From Escherichia phage ES: 48,315 nt of DNA. The stretch lies in sequence record OR466728.1, one strand, 5' to 3'. Both the position numbers and the translations under genes were made by a program. Positions 1-10,027 of the stretch are shown here, piece after piece. The notes beneath the pieces are model-generated. The model was not told the origin of the DNA and made no database searches. It saw nothing but the letters and a program-made list of their open reading frames with translations. Each line of letters begins with the position of its first letter. Within the stretch, counting starts at the first letter, position 1.

Positions 1-211
1 GATTAATGGGTCGTAGTTGCAAAAGTTGCACTCAAGAATTTATCGCGTCGGTTACTGCTAAGTCCTCAGAGGAAGCAGTAGCGAAAGTTAAGGTAATGTC
101 TGGTGCCGACCCGGATTACCACAAATTCCTAGTAGCTTACGTTCGTGAGCGAAAGTAAAAGAAGTTCTACTCTCTGTTTGTTTCATATCTCTCGTTGTTG
201 TTCGATACTTC

Positions 212-235
212 GCCCTCTTCTTGAGGGCTTTTTTT
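212..235 (+). terminator. rho-independent terminator
   Basis: 6-bp GC stem GCCCTC/GAGGGC, 5-nt loop, followed by 7 T. Confidence 0.55.
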
Positions 236-246
236 CGTTTGCTATA

Positions 247-255
247 TGATATAAT
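247..255 (+). promoter_or_regulatory. extended -10 promoter element (TGaTATAAT) upstream of packaging genes
   Basis: TG-n-TATAAT about 28 nt upstream of the small-terminase RBS; no clear -35. Confidence 0.35.
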
Positions 256-282
256 GCATCTCTAAACAAAGGAGGTAACAAA

Positions 283-807
283 ATGAAAGACGAAAACTTC
301 ACCAGTCAGGCGCAGGAAAAGGTCAGCTCTGGCAACTTTAAAGCCATGTACAATAAAAAGTACTCAGACATTACAACGCTAGCCAAAAACCGAAGCATGA
401 CACCCGAACAGCTATTTGAATTCGCCGTGAAATACTTCTCATGGGCTGAGGACCAGGCAATCAAGGCAATCGAGACAGCCAGCTTCCAGGGTGTGGTAAA
501 AGAGAGCCTGGTGCACAAACCACGAGTCTTCACGCTAACCGGATTCTGCCTTTACTGCGGCGTCACCCATAGCGCCATCGAGAAATGGAGGAAGTCGGCT
601 GGTTACGATGAGGTGATGGCATTCATTGATTCCGTGATTCGCGAGCAAAAGTACCAGTTAGCAGCGTCCGGCATCATTAACCCTGGCATGATTTCTAAAG
701 AGCTCGGTATCGACAAGCCGCAGGAGATTAACATCACCAGCACATCTTCAGCCAACGACGTCGATACGATGAAAGAGGCGCTCGAATCGGTTATTAGCAA
801 GTTGTAG
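283..807 (+). CDS. terminase small subunit (putative)
   Basis: 174-aa ORF, RBS AAAGGAGG 7 nt upstream, immediately upstream of large terminase; function inferred from position. Confidence 0.5.
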   Translation: MKDENFTSQAQEKVSSGNFKAMYNKKYSDITTLAKNRSMTPEQLFEFAVKYFSWAEDQAIKAIETASFQGVVKESLVHKPRVFTLTGFCLYCGVTHSAIEKWRKSAGYDEVMAFIDSVIREQKYQLAASGIINPGMISKELGIDKPQEINITSTSSANDVDTMKEALESVISKL

Positions 808-822
808 CACTTTTTGTTAAAA
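805..822 (+). promoter_or_regulatory. dyad box copy 1 (TAGCACTTTTTGTTAAAA)
   Basis: TAG is the stop codon of 283-807; GATAAT about 22 nt downstream; ATG of 875 is 70 nt downstream. Confidence 0.5.
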
Positions 823-874
823 ATAGCGAACCAATCAGTGGGATAATGGGTCACTAAATAAACAAGGAGAATAT

Positions 875-1351
875 ATGGATTGGGGTGATTTCTTCTATCT
901 TAGTGATGATTCCGTTTCTGGTATAAAGTGGAAGGTTAATAAGGGTCGGTCAATGGCTGGTGACGACGCTTTAACATCTGTTGGTAATGGATATTACAAA
1001 GGCAGACTCAACCAGAAGACAACGTACGCCCACAGGGTCGTTTACTTTCTTAACTATGGCGTAATCCCTGATGTTATAGATCATATGGATGGTAATGGGC
1101 TTAACAACTCAATAGAAAACCTAAGGGATGGCACCACAGCCAAGAATATGCAAAACAAGCTATGTAAGGGTTACAGCTACAATAAGAGGGATGACGTTTA
1201 TTATGCTCAGGTAACTACAAATGGGGTGACTAAACATGTAGGTTCTTTTGCAAGCAAGGAATTGGCTATTGCTGCTTACCTAAAGGAGAAGGAATTGCAG
1301 CATGATTTCTATAACAAAGAGAGGAAGATATGCTTGTTTGGGAAAGTATGA
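875..1351 (+). CDS. HNH homing endonuclease with AP2-like DNA-binding domain
   Basis: HNH signature YAHRVVY...IDHMDGNGLNN...NLR, then AP2-like C-terminal segment; RBS AAGGAG. Confidence 0.7.
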   Translation: MDWGDFFYLSDDSVSGIKWKVNKGRSMAGDDALTSVGNGYYKGRLNQKTTYAHRVVYFLNYGVIPDVIDHMDGNGLNNSIENLRDGTTAKNMQNKLCKGYSYNKRDDVYYAQVTTNGVTKHVGSFASKELAIAAYLKEKELQHDFYNKERKICLFGKV

Positions 1352-2892
1352 GCCAGCAGGAAAAGCTGGCTGTAAAACTTATATCAGAGAATAGTTTTGA
1401 GGGATTTTTAAGGTGCTGGTTTTCCATTACTCAGGGTGAGAGATACATCCCTAACTGGCACCACAAGTATCTTTGCAGAATCATCGATGAGATTATCGCA
1501 GGTGAGCGTAAGGACACAATCATCAACATAGCACCCGGGAGTGGGAAGACAGAGATAGCATCAATTCACTTCCCAGCCTACTCCATGGTTAAGTTGAAGA
1601 AGGTAAGGAACCTTAACATCTCGTTTGCCGACTCACTTGTTAAGCGTAACTCTAAGCGAGTGCGTGACCTGATTAAGTCGGTTGAGTTCCAGGAGTTGTG
1701 GCCCTGCAAGTTTGGCACATGTAAGGATGATGAGCTACAGATTCTGGATGAGTCTGGTAAGGTTCGGTTTGAGTCAATATCTAAGGCTGCTGGAGGCCAA
1801 ATAACCGGCGCAAGGGGTGGATATATAACGGATTCATATAGCGGAGCGGTTCTGTTAGATGATTTTGACAAACCAGCCGACATGCTTTCTGCTGTTTTTC
1901 GCGCTAACAATCACGTGATGCTAAAGAATACAATACGCTCTCGTAGGGCGAGCTCCGTAAAAGGAAAGGCGACGCCGATTATCTCTATCCAACAGCGCCT
2001 TCATGTGAATGATAGTACGTGGTTCATGATGAATGGCGGTATGGGTATTAGCTTCGACTTGATTAAGATACCGGCGCTCGTAACTGAGGATTACGTCGAA
2101 ACGCTTCCTGACTGGATTAAGCAGCAATTCATTGATGACGTTCTATCAAGCGAATATATTGAGCGTGATGGTGTTAGGTACTATAGCTATTTCCCTGGCA
2201 AGGAATCTGTTCACGACCTAGTTGCAATGTGGGATTCTGATAGCTATACATTCCTTAGCCAGTATCAGCAAGAACCAGTAGCACTTGGCGGCAACCTGAT
2301 TAACGTAGACTGGCTTCAACGCATTAGCGACACTCTGCGACCGCCAGCTAAGTACGATTACAGGTTTATGGTCCTTGATACTGCGATGACAACCAAAAGT
2401 TACAGCGACTTTAGTGTCATGCAGCTATGGGGTTATAAGGATGGGAAGATTTATCTGCTTGACCAGCGGCGCGGTAAATTTGAAGCTCCTGAGCTCGAGG
2501 CTGAGTTATTGAATTTCGAGAAGATGGCTAGGGCATCCAATCAGATAGATGGCATCCTTCGTAAAATCATCATCGAGAAGAAAGCCTCTGGTATTGGCCT
2601 GATTCAATCAGCCGGAAGGGTTATGCGAACGCCTATCGAGCCGTACGTTCCTGATAACGATAAGCTGACTCGCGTAATGAGTGCATTGCCGCAGATTAAA
2701 GCTGGTAACGTAATCCTTCCGGAGTCTGCTACTTGGCTTAATGGCTTGCTAACGGAGATTGCGGCATTCACGGCAGATGATTCACATGTTCACGATGACC
2801 AGATAGACTGTTTGACAATGGCTGTCAACCTGGTACTGAACATTGCAGAAGACCCTAAATCGAGGATGATGCGCCTCGCTGGCATCAAATAG
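1330..2892 (+). CDS. terL: terminase large subunit
   Basis: 520 aa; P-loop IAPGSGKT near N-terminus, acidic C-terminal nuclease-like half; start may be ATG 1348. Confidence 0.75.
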   Translation: MLVWESMSQQEKLAVKLISENSFEGFLRCWFSITQGERYIPNWHHKYLCRIIDEIIAGERKDTIINIAPGSGKTEIASIHFPAYSMVKLKKVRNLNISFADSLVKRNSKRVRDLIKSVEFQELWPCKFGTCKDDELQILDESGKVRFESISKAAGGQITGARGGYITDSYSGAVLLDDFDKPADMLSAVFRANNHVMLKNTIRSRRASSVKGKATPIISIQQRLHVNDSTWFMMNGGMGISFDLIKIPALVTEDYVETLPDWIKQQFIDDVLSSEYIERDGVRYYSYFPGKESVHDLVAMWDSDSYTFLSQYQQEPVALGGNLINVDWLQRISDTLRPPAKYDYRFMVLDTAMTTKSYSDFSVMQLWGYKDGKIYLLDQRRGKFEAPELEAELLNFEKMARASNQIDGILRKIIIEKKASGIGLIQSAGRVMRTPIEPYVPDNDKLTRVMSALPQIKAGNVILPESATWLNGLLTEIAAFTADDSHVHDDQIDCLTMAVNLVLNIAEDPKSRMMRLAGIK

Positions 2893-2907
2893 CACGTTTT
2901 GCTAAAG
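2890..2907 (+). promoter_or_regulatory. dyad box copy 2 (TAGCACGTTTTGCTAAAG)
   Basis: TAG is the terL stop; TATAGT about 22-23 nt downstream; ATG of 2962 is 72 nt downstream. Confidence 0.5.
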
Positions 2908-2961
2908 ACGCGCCGCCAAGGATGGCTTATAGTTACTTCACGCAAACGAGAGGAGTAAAAA

Positions 2962-3315
2962 ATGAAAGCAGTATTTAAAGGGTATAAAAAAGCTGGTTAT
3001 TTTGATTTTACCGTTGGTAAGATTTATGACTTATCAAGAACGCCTGGAAGTAATAATGAATACGTCAAAGTTAAGGATGATAAAGGCTATTTGGGCGTAA
3101 TTAATCTTAGTGTTTATGATTTCGAAGTTATAGAGCCTACCGATTTTGTCGTTAAAGGTGATAATTTTAAAGTTGAAAAGGCTGGGATTAAATACTTCAT
3201 CAACAAAGACATAGTAACTAAAGAGGCATTTTATGAAGTCAGAAGGGAGGTTCGCCAGTTAACACTTAATGGAGTGAAAACATCATCAATCAAGTTCGAA
3301 GTAAAATTCGAGTAA
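2962..3315 (+). CDS. hypothetical Lys-rich protein (AT-rich insertion)
   Basis: 117-aa ORF, RBS GAGAGGAG, AT-rich codon usage unlike flanking genes, own promoter box and terminator. Confidence 0.5.
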   Translation: MKAVFKGYKKAGYFDFTVGKIYDLSRTPGSNNEYVKVKDDKGYLGVINLSVYDFEVIEPTDFVVKGDNFKVEKAGIKYFINKDIVTKEAFYEVRREVRQLTLNGVKTSSIKFEVKFE

Positions 3316-3338
3316 CCATAAAAGCTATGCTAAACTAA

Positions 3339-3358
3339 GCCCCTAAATGGGGCTTTTT
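3339..3358 (+). terminator. rho-independent terminator
   Basis: GCCCC/GGGGC stem, TAAAT loop, 5 T. Confidence 0.55.
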
Positions 3359-3373
3359 ATTGGAGCAAATAAA

Positions 3374-4645
3374 ATGGTAAAAGCAGATTCATACGCCACG
3401 CAATTTCTTGGTGGCTCCAGTGATGGTAGCGAGATTTACGGGCACTTTGGCAACACGTATCTTACACCTCCTTTCGCTGATTCACTGTACGCATCAAACT
3501 CAATTGTACGCCGCATCGTCGACACCATACCGGAGACAGCAATCGCCGCAGGTTTCCATATCGATGGTATTGATAACGAAGGTGAATTCTGGTCCAGGTG
3601 GGATTACCTGAAGGTTAACGAGTCAATCTCTGACGCATGGTCATGGGCGAGGTTATTTGGCGGCTCTGCAATTGTGGCTATCGTTAAGGACAATCGTGCG
3701 CTAACTAGCCCGGTACGTGAAGGCGCGGAACTTGAATCACTTCGCGTTTATGAGCGTAGCCAGGTAAGAGTTCAGACTAAGGAGGAAAACCCTCGCAATG
3801 TGCGATTCGGTAAGCCATTAACGTATCGCATCACGCCAGAAGGTGGCGCCATGTTTTATGATGTGCACTACTCGCGAGTTCACATTATTGATGGCGAGAA
3901 GATTCCTAGTTCATTGCGTCGCGGTAATGACGGGTGGGGTGCTAGCGTTCTGGTTCCTGACCTGCTTGAATCAATCAAGGATTATCAGACGTGTGAGAAA
4001 CTGGCAACTCAGTTATTGCGCCGCAAGCAGCAGGCGGTGTGGAAGGCTAAAGGCCTTGCTGAACTGTGTGACGACGCGGAAGGTTTTGGTGCGGCGAGGT
4101 TGAGGCTTGCCCAGGTTGATGATAACTCTGGCGTTGGTCGCGCGATTGGTATCGACGCTGAAGCTGAAGAGTACAGCGTTCTTAACTCGGATATTGGTGG
4201 GATTGATGGATTCCTCGATAAGAAGTTCGACAGAATTGTTGCTCTGAGCGGTATCCATGAAATCATTCTCAAAGGTCGTAACGTTGGCGGGTTGTCATCA
4301 AGCCAGAATACAGCGCTAGAGACTTTCCACAAGCTAATCGACCGCAAGCGCAATGAGGAGTTACTTCCAGTGCTTGGTTTCTTAATCCCATTCATCACAA
4401 CCGAGCAGGAATGGTCAGTTGAGTTTAACCCTCTAGCTCAGGAATCGAAAAAGGACCGAGCTGAAATACTGAAGAATAACGTTGATTCAATAGCCGCCCT
4501 CATCACTAACGGCGTAATGGATGCTGATGAAGCACGAGATACCTTGCGCGCATTAGCCCCAGAGGTTAAGATTGGTGAGGGTTCGATTGCAAATGAGCAG
4601 CCCGCTCAGGAAGAATCACCAAAAGAGGAGCCTGCAATTGAATAA
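3374..4645 (+). CDS. portal protein (putative)
   Basis: 423 aa from ATG 3374 (RBS GGAG); large ORF directly after terL; call rests on gene order and size. Confidence 0.55.
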   Translation: MVKADSYATQFLGGSSDGSEIYGHFGNTYLTPPFADSLYASNSIVRRIVDTIPETAIAAGFHIDGIDNEGEFWSRWDYLKVNESISDAWSWARLFGGSAIVAIVKDNRALTSPVREGAELESLRVYERSQVRVQTKEENPRNVRFGKPLTYRITPEGGAMFYDVHYSRVHIIDGEKIPSSLRRGNDGWGASVLVPDLLESIKDYQTCEKLATQLLRRKQQAVWKAKGLAELCDDAEGFGAARLRLAQVDDNSGVGRAIGIDAEAEEYSVLNSDIGGIDGFLDKKFDRIVALSGIHEIILKGRNVGGLSSSQNTALETFHKLIDRKRNEELLPVLGFLIPFITTEQEWSVEFNPLAQESKKDRAEILKNNVDSIAALITNGVMDADEARDTLRALAPEVKIGEGSIANEQPAQEESPKEEPAIE

Positions 4646-4665
4646 TAAAGGTGAGGAGAATTGGG

Positions 4666-5781
4666 ATGTATAAGAATCGCTTTGATACAGCAACATTCAA
4701 AGCCACTATCGACGAGAACGGATTTCTCGTTGATACACCAGTAGTGGCAAGGTTGGGTGTTCAGGTTTATTACATGGAGGATGGCTCAGTCGTTCGCGAA
4801 TTCAGGCCAGCAGAAGAGGTGTTTAAAGAGGAGTCTCTAGCCAGCTATCAGGGTAAGCCAATGACTCTGGACCACGTATTCGTAAACTCTGATAACGCTA
4901 AAGATGTGGTTGTTGGCTCGGTAACTGGTAAAGCGGAGGCACTTGGCAGTACAGTTATTGCGCCAATTGTTGTTTACTCCCAAGAGGCAATCGACGAAGC
5001 TCGAGCTGGTAACGCCAAGGAATTATCCGTCGGTTACTCGGCAGTTCTTGATGAAACTCCAGGTTGGGGCGACCCGGCAACTGGTAAGTACATTCTTAGG
5101 ACTGACAACACGCAGGGTTTGGACATACCCGCTGACTGGCAAGAATTCGACGCAATACAGCGAGACATTAAGGTAAACCATTTAGCTATGGTGTTCAGTG
5201 GTAGGGCTGGAATTGCTAAGCTAAATATGGACGGGCAGCAAGAAAACCCGTATACTGACAACGTTGATTTAAATACTAAGGAAAACAAAATGACAGTTAA
5301 GATTAAGATTGACTCTGTTGAAGTTGAAGTGTCTAAAGAAGTTGCAGACCATATCTCCAAGATTAACTCTGCTGTTGAAGCGCAGAAAGCCAAGGTCGAC
5401 TCCATTGAAGCTGAGCGTGATGCGCTTAAGGCTAAAGTTGATGCAATGCCAGCAGAAATCGAGAAAGCAGTTGCTAAAGCGAAAGCAGACGCAGACGCGC
5501 TCGCAGCTTTGGTTGCTGTTGCTGCTGAAGCTGGTGTTAAAGCTGATGGCCTGGATGCTAAAGGCATTAAGGTAGCTTACGTTAAAGAAGTCTCTGGTCT
5601 TGATGTTTCTGAGAAGTCTGACGCATACATCGACGCAGCGTTCGACATTGCCAAAGAATCTGATAAAATGGCTGAAGTACGTAAAGCGACTACCGCTTCC
5701 GATAAATCTGACAAGTCCGACAAGGCTGATAATATCGCTGACCTTGACCCGCGTGCTTGCCTCAAGAAAATTAAAAAGTAA
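4666..5781 (+). CDS. prohead protease / scaffolding-like protein (putative)
   Basis: 372 aa from ATG 4666 (RBS GAGGAG); N-terminal globular domain plus Ala/Lys/Glu-rich coiled-coil C-terminus typical of scaffolds. Confidence 0.45.
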   Translation: MYKNRFDTATFKATIDENGFLVDTPVVARLGVQVYYMEDGSVVREFRPAEEVFKEESLASYQGKPMTLDHVFVNSDNAKDVVVGSVTGKAEALGSTVIAPIVVYSQEAIDEARAGNAKELSVGYSAVLDETPGWGDPATGKYILRTDNTQGLDIPADWQEFDAIQRDIKVNHLAMVFSGRAGIAKLNMDGQQENPYTDNVDLNTKENKMTVKIKIDSVEVEVSKEVADHISKINSAVEAQKAKVDSIEAERDALKAKVDAMPAEIEKAVAKAKADADALAALVAVAAEAGVKADGLDAKGIKVAYVKEVSGLDVSEKSDAYIDAAFDIAKESDKMAEVRKATTASDKSDKSDKADNIADLDPRACLKKIKK

Positions 5782-5792
5782 GGAGATAGATA

Positions 5793-6296
5793 ATGGCAAT
5801 TCGTTCTGTAGCACTGGCAGGTATGGTAGCTGATACTTCCCTGTATAATATCGATGGCGCTTGTGTAGTTGGCGGCAATGCTCAGGCTCGCATTCAGGTT
5901 GGCACAGCAGTCACTGTCACTCCAGACCCGCTAATCGATGGTCATAAAGTTGTTATCGCAGGTGCTTCAGCAACTCTTCCGGCTTACGGCGTTGTAGTTC
6001 GCTCTAGCTATGAAACTCCTGATGGCGCAGCTCGCGGCCAGGAAGCAGTTAACGTCATGAGTCATGGCCGCATCTGGATGCGCACCAGCCTGGCAGCAAA
6101 GCCAGCTTTCGGCTCTGAGGTTTTTGTAAATGGCTCTGGCGTTGCAGTCGCTGGCCCTGCTAGCGATTCAGTCTTCGCAACTGGCTGGACCTATGCTGGC
6201 GGCTTCGCTACAGCTTACACACCTGGTTTACTTCCGATTACCGAAGAACAATCCGTTGATGGCGCAATCGTAGAAGTTCAGGTTAAGCAAAAGTAA
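5793..6296 (+). CDS. Gly/Ala/Val-rich head accessory (decoration-like) protein
   Basis: 167 aa, RBS AAGGAG, between scaffold and capsid genes, followed by terminator. Confidence 0.35.
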   Translation: MAIRSVALAGMVADTSLYNIDGACVVGGNAQARIQVGTAVTVTPDPLIDGHKVVIAGASATLPAYGVVVRSSYETPDGAARGQEAVNVMSHGRIWMRTSLAAKPAFGSEVFVNGSGVAVAGPASDSVFATGWTYAGGFATAYTPGLLPITEEQSVDGAIVEVQVKQK

Positions 6297-6317
6297 AATA
6301 TCAAAGCTAAATTAAAG

Positions 6318-6337
6318 CCTCCTTCGGGAGGTTTTTT
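6318..6337 (+). terminator. rho-independent terminator
   Basis: CCTCC/GGAGG stem, TTCG loop, 6 T. Confidence 0.6.
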
Positions 6338-6390
6338 ATTGCCTTTTATCTGATAGAATGGTAATCACCACAAATAGTCAGGAGATTCAA

Positions 6391-7851
6391 ATGGAGTTAG
6401 TTGAAATCGCTTCAAATAGCTGCGAAGGACTTGAGGCAAAAGCGAAGGCTTTAATGCCATCATTTCAGCCTTATGACAGTATTATTCTGGTAGGTGACTT
6501 GCCAGTCAGGTGTTTAATGGCGTCTGGAACAGACCTAAGCATTACTGATATCAAGTTCCTAACTTTCGGTAGCCGAGCAAGGCTAATCACTGAAATTAAC
6601 AAGATGATTGCTGATGGTTGGGAGATTTTCGGCGAGCCAAAGGCTGACGCAAACAGATTTGGCACAATTATGACCAAAGGCTTTCAGGGCGCTAAGGGTA
6701 CGGCTGGTGTCGCTGGCCCGCAAGGTCCGCAGGGCGTTCAGGGTTTGCAGGGTCCAGAAGGCCCGCAAGGTCCAAAAGGTAATGATGGCGATGATGGTTC
6801 TCAAGGTGAGCGAGGACCACAAGGTCCGCAGGGTATCCGTGGCGAGCAAGGCGTTCAAGGTCCGCAGGGCATCCAGGGGCCAATCGGCTTAACTGGTGAT
6901 ACAGGTCAGCAGGGGCCAGCTGGTCCAACTGGTGCTACTGGTCCTCGTGGACCTCAAGGTGTGCAAGGTGAGGCTGGTCCTGCTGGCGCTACAGGTCTGG
7001 AATTTAAAGGCGCATGGGCTCCAGGTATCGAATACAAAGCAAACGACGCAGTGGCTTATAACGGTTCAACATGGTTTGCTGTGACTGGAAATACAGACGA
7101 GACACCAGGGACGGGAACATCATGGCAGGTAATGGCATCACAAGGTTCTCGCGGACCAGCCGGACCAGAAGGCCCGCAAGGTGATGTTGGCCCGCAAGGT
7201 GAGCAAGGAATTCAAGGACCAATCGGAGCAACTGGACCATCTGGACCTCAGGGCGCAAAAGGTGATACAGGAGACACTGGACCAGCAGGACCAGAAGGAC
7301 CACAAGGTTTAACTGGACCAGCCGGACCGCAAGGCATTCAAGGACCAGCTGGTGTTCGAGGTGCTACTGGTGCAACTGGTGTAAACGGAGCTAATGGCGC
7401 CACAGGACCGCAAGGGCCAGCTGGACCAAATGGTGATTCAGGTCTTAATTACACATATCAGAAATGGTCAAACGTAGCAAATGGCGTTGGGTATGTAACA
7501 ATCCCCGGGATGCCTAATACACAAATAGGAGTTAACAGGAATTCTGCCGGAGCAATTGTGTACACTCTCTATAGTACTGGTGGAACCGTTAGGTATCTTG
7601 ATTGGCGCGCTGAGATACCATCATATGATACAAATGCAATAACCACGGCTGCTGGCACGGCGACAACACCAAGCTCTGCTGGTGTAATAGCAACGATGAA
7701 TACCGTTTTATATAATGGGTTAAGATCAGTCAAATTTATAATTAAGGATTGGGGCGCATCAAGGATTGCTGTAATTGAATGTTACCAACACGGAAGGGCT
7801 AACTCAGACGCGAGGCCTGTTACTATCGAGATGCGCTCATTCTCTTACTAA
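6391..7851 (+). CDS. collagen-like (Gly-X-Y) repeat protein
   Basis: two long uninterrupted G-X-Y tracts (about 6679-6997 and 7141-7453) flanked by globular N- and C-terminal domains; RBS CAGGAG. Confidence 0.8.
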   Translation: MELVEIASNSCEGLEAKAKALMPSFQPYDSIILVGDLPVRCLMASGTDLSITDIKFLTFGSRARLITEINKMIADGWEIFGEPKADANRFGTIMTKGFQGAKGTAGVAGPQGPQGVQGLQGPEGPQGPKGNDGDDGSQGERGPQGPQGIRGEQGVQGPQGIQGPIGLTGDTGQQGPAGPTGATGPRGPQGVQGEAGPAGATGLEFKGAWAPGIEYKANDAVAYNGSTWFAVTGNTDETPGTGTSWQVMASQGSRGPAGPEGPQGDVGPQGEQGIQGPIGATGPSGPQGAKGDTGDTGPAGPEGPQGLTGPAGPQGIQGPAGVRGATGATGVNGANGATGPQGPAGPNGDSGLNYTYQKWSNVANGVGYVTIPGMPNTQIGVNRNSAGAIVYTLYSTGGTVRYLDWRAEIPSYDTNAITTAAGTATTPSSAGVIATMNTVLYNGLRSVKFIIKDWGASRIAVIECYQHGRANSDARPVTIEMRSFSY

Positions 7852-7876
7852 CTTCGACGCCTCAAGGAAGAGGCTA

Positions 7877-7904
7877 TTGCTACACCTGAAAACTCGTGTA
7901 TAAT
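7877..7904 (+). promoter_or_regulatory. sigma70-type promoter (TTGCTA -16 nt- TATAAT) for the capsid gene
   Basis: near-consensus -35 and perfect -10 with 16-nt spacer, 38 nt upstream of ATG 7942. Confidence 0.5.
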
Positions 7905-7941
7905 TAATCTCGTAATCTATTAACTAAAAGGAAGATACAGA

Positions 7942-8886
7942 ATGGCTATTAAGTTTGACGCTGAACAAGCGAAAATCACTGCTCACCTAGAGCAGATGGG
8001 CGTAGATAAAGCTGACGCCGCTGGCATCTGGACCGTCAAGCAACTGACACAGACCCTGAAGCGCAACTACGAGCGTGAATATACCGACAACTCTGTTGTT
8101 AATATCTTCCCGATCAGTAACGAAATCCCTGCTTCTGCTAAATACTTCGAGTACCCAGAATTCGATGGCGTTTCAATCGCTCAGATTATCGCAGACTACT
8201 CCGATGACCTGCCGCTTGTTGACGCGTTCATGACTGAGAAACAAGGTAAAGTGTTCCGCTTCGGTAACGCATTCCTGATCTCCATCGATGAAATCGCAGC
8301 TGGTGCAGCAACTGGTCAATCTCTGTCTGCTCGTAAACAGGCTCTGGCTTTTGAAGCTCACGACAACCTGCTTGACAAACTGGTATGGTTTGGCTCTGCT
8401 CCGCACGGTATTAACAGCGTATTTAATACCCCCAACGCAAGCCGCGTAACCCCGAACGCATGGGTTGATGCCGCTGCTGCTGTTAACGATATCACTCGAA
8501 TGATTGATGCTATCGAAACTAACACGCAGGGTATGCATACTGCTACTGATATCATTCTGCCAGCCTCCGCTCGCCGCTTGATGCAGCAACTGGTTCCTGG
8601 TACTACGATTAGCTATGCTCAGCTGTTCGCAACTAACAATACCAGCGTAAATATTCGCTATTTGCAGTTCCTGGACGATATTGATGGCGCTGGCACTAAA
8701 GCAGCTCTGGCGTTTGAAAAAGACCCGCTGAACATGAGTATTGAAATTCCTGAGGCAACCCACGTATTGCCGGGTCAGCCGAAAGATTTGCATTTCAAAT
8801 ACCCTGTTACTTCCAAGTCTACAGGTCTGGTTGTTTACCGACCTCTGACTCTTGCTATCATGTCTGGCATCGAAATTACCGCATAA
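7942..8886 (+). CDS. major capsid protein (putative)
   Basis: 314 aa, own strong promoter and terminator, RBS AAAGGAAG, position in head module. Confidence 0.6.
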   Translation: MAIKFDAEQAKITAHLEQMGVDKADAAGIWTVKQLTQTLKRNYEREYTDNSVVNIFPISNEIPASAKYFEYPEFDGVSIAQIIADYSDDLPLVDAFMTEKQGKVFRFGNAFLISIDEIAAGAATGQSLSARKQALAFEAHDNLLDKLVWFGSAPHGINSVFNTPNASRVTPNAWVDAAAAVNDITRMIDAIETNTQGMHTATDIILPASARRLMQQLVPGTTISYAQLFATNNTSVNIRYLQFLDDIDGAGTKAALAFEKDPLNMSIEIPEATHVLPGQPKDLHFKYPVTSKSTGLVVYRPLTLAIMSGIEITA

Positions 8887-8891
8887 TCACC

Positions 8892-8913
8892 GCCCTCTCC
8901 GGAGGGCTTTTTT
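8892..8913 (+). terminator. rho-independent terminator
   Basis: GCCCTC/GAGGGC stem, TCCG loop, 6 T. Confidence 0.6.
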
Positions 8914-8976
8914 ACGTCTGTACGAAGGCGTGTTTGTGCGATATAATTCACTCCTAAGATAACAAAGGAGATTAAA

Positions 8977-9222
8977 ATGGTACGTTTAGAACACATTGGC
9001 GCATGCTCAGTTAACTACAAGGATAAATATTACCTTCCTGGTGATATCATTGAGGCTGATGAAATCTGTACTGGCCTTAAAGCACTCATCGCTCAGGGTA
9101 TTCTTGAGATTGAAGGTGACGGTAAGACTTCAAAGCAGATCGCGTTAGAGGTTAAGGCGAAATCTAGGCGCAAAGAACCGAAGACCATTGACGAAGCTCA
9201 GACTGGTCAGGAATATAAATAA
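8977..9222 (+). CDS. hypothetical protein
   Basis: 81-aa ORF, RBS AAAGGAG, followed by hairpin plus T-run. Confidence 0.5.
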   Translation: MVRLEHIGACSVNYKDKYYLPGDIIEADEICTGLKALIAQGILEIEGDGKTSKQIALEVKAKSRRKEPKTIDEAQTGQEYK

Positions 9223-9228
9223 CCAAAT

Positions 9229-9250
9229 GGGCGCTTCGGCGTCCGTTTTT
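9229..9250 (+). terminator. rho-independent terminator
   Basis: GGGCGC/GCGTCC stem with one wobble pair, then GTTTTT. Confidence 0.4.
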
Positions 9251-9263
9251 GTATGGAGGTTTT

Positions 9264-9659
9264 ATGAACGAACAAGCATTGGCCTTTATGAGGTCACTAG
9301 TTCCAGCTTTGCGTAACGTGCAAGATGAAACGCTGGATGTATGGCTTGAACTTGCTAAACTTTACATCTGCACCAGTAAATTTGGTGATGATGCTTACAA
9401 GGCGCTTGCACTGTACACTATGCACATCGCCTTTCTTGATGGTGCGCTTAAGCAGAATGAGTCTTTGGATGATTATGGCAAGAAGGTGACTAGTTACTCC
9501 CTGAGTGGTGAATTTTCCATTAGCTATGAATCAACATCTCAATCGCAGTCAGCACTAACAGCAACTCCGTGGGGCCGACTGTACTGGAATCTTCTACGTA
9601 AGAAAGGTGGTGGATTTGGCTTAATTACGTCCACTGGGCGTGGGTGTGGTTGCCTATGA
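9264..9659 (+). CDS. head-tail connector/adaptor protein (putative)
   Basis: 131 aa from ATG 9264 (RBS GGAGG); position between capsid and tail genes. Confidence 0.35.
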   Translation: MNEQALAFMRSLVPALRNVQDETLDVWLELAKLYICTSKFGDDAYKALALYTMHIAFLDGALKQNESLDDYGKKVTSYSLSGEFSISYESTSQSQSALTATPWGRLYWNLLRKKGGGFGLITSTGRGCGCL

Positions 9660-10027
9660 ATTACTCACAAGTCGAATCATTGATGCGAACTGGCATCAAT
9701 ATCTTTAGTGATGGTGACGGAATCTTTACCATGGAAACTGGCAAAGGCGGTGTAGAAATTGTTGATGGCGTAGAAGTTCCTGTATCTGGTGGCACTGCAT
9801 TAATCAAGGGGCTGGTGAGGGGAATTAAAACCAGGGATATTGATGGTGAGTATATCCAGTTTGGTGATAAGCGAGGAATCTTTACTTCTGAAGTTCCAAT
9901 CTTACAGGGGTGCAGGATTATTGTGGACGATGAAACTTACACGGTAGTTGACCCGAGGCCAGTTAAACCAACAGGTACTGTAGTCGCATATAGGCCAATC
10001 CTAAGGAGGGTTGCTACTTATGGCTAA
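9656..10027 (+). CDS. head-tail joining protein (putative)
   Basis: 123 aa; ATGA overlap with upstream stop suggests translational coupling. Confidence 0.35.
   Translation: MNYSQVESLMRTGINIFSDGDGIFTMETGKGGVEIVDGVEVPVSGGTALIKGLVRGIKTRDIDGEYIQFGDKRGIFTSEVPILQGCRIIVDDETYTVVDPRPVKPTGTVVAYRPILRRVATYG

Noticed and set aside
7877-7882. TTGCTA upstream of the capsid gene as another dyad box
   Set aside because: It lacks the TAGCAC half, and TATAAT lies 16 nt downstream, so it fits a canonical sigma70 -35/-10 pair instead.
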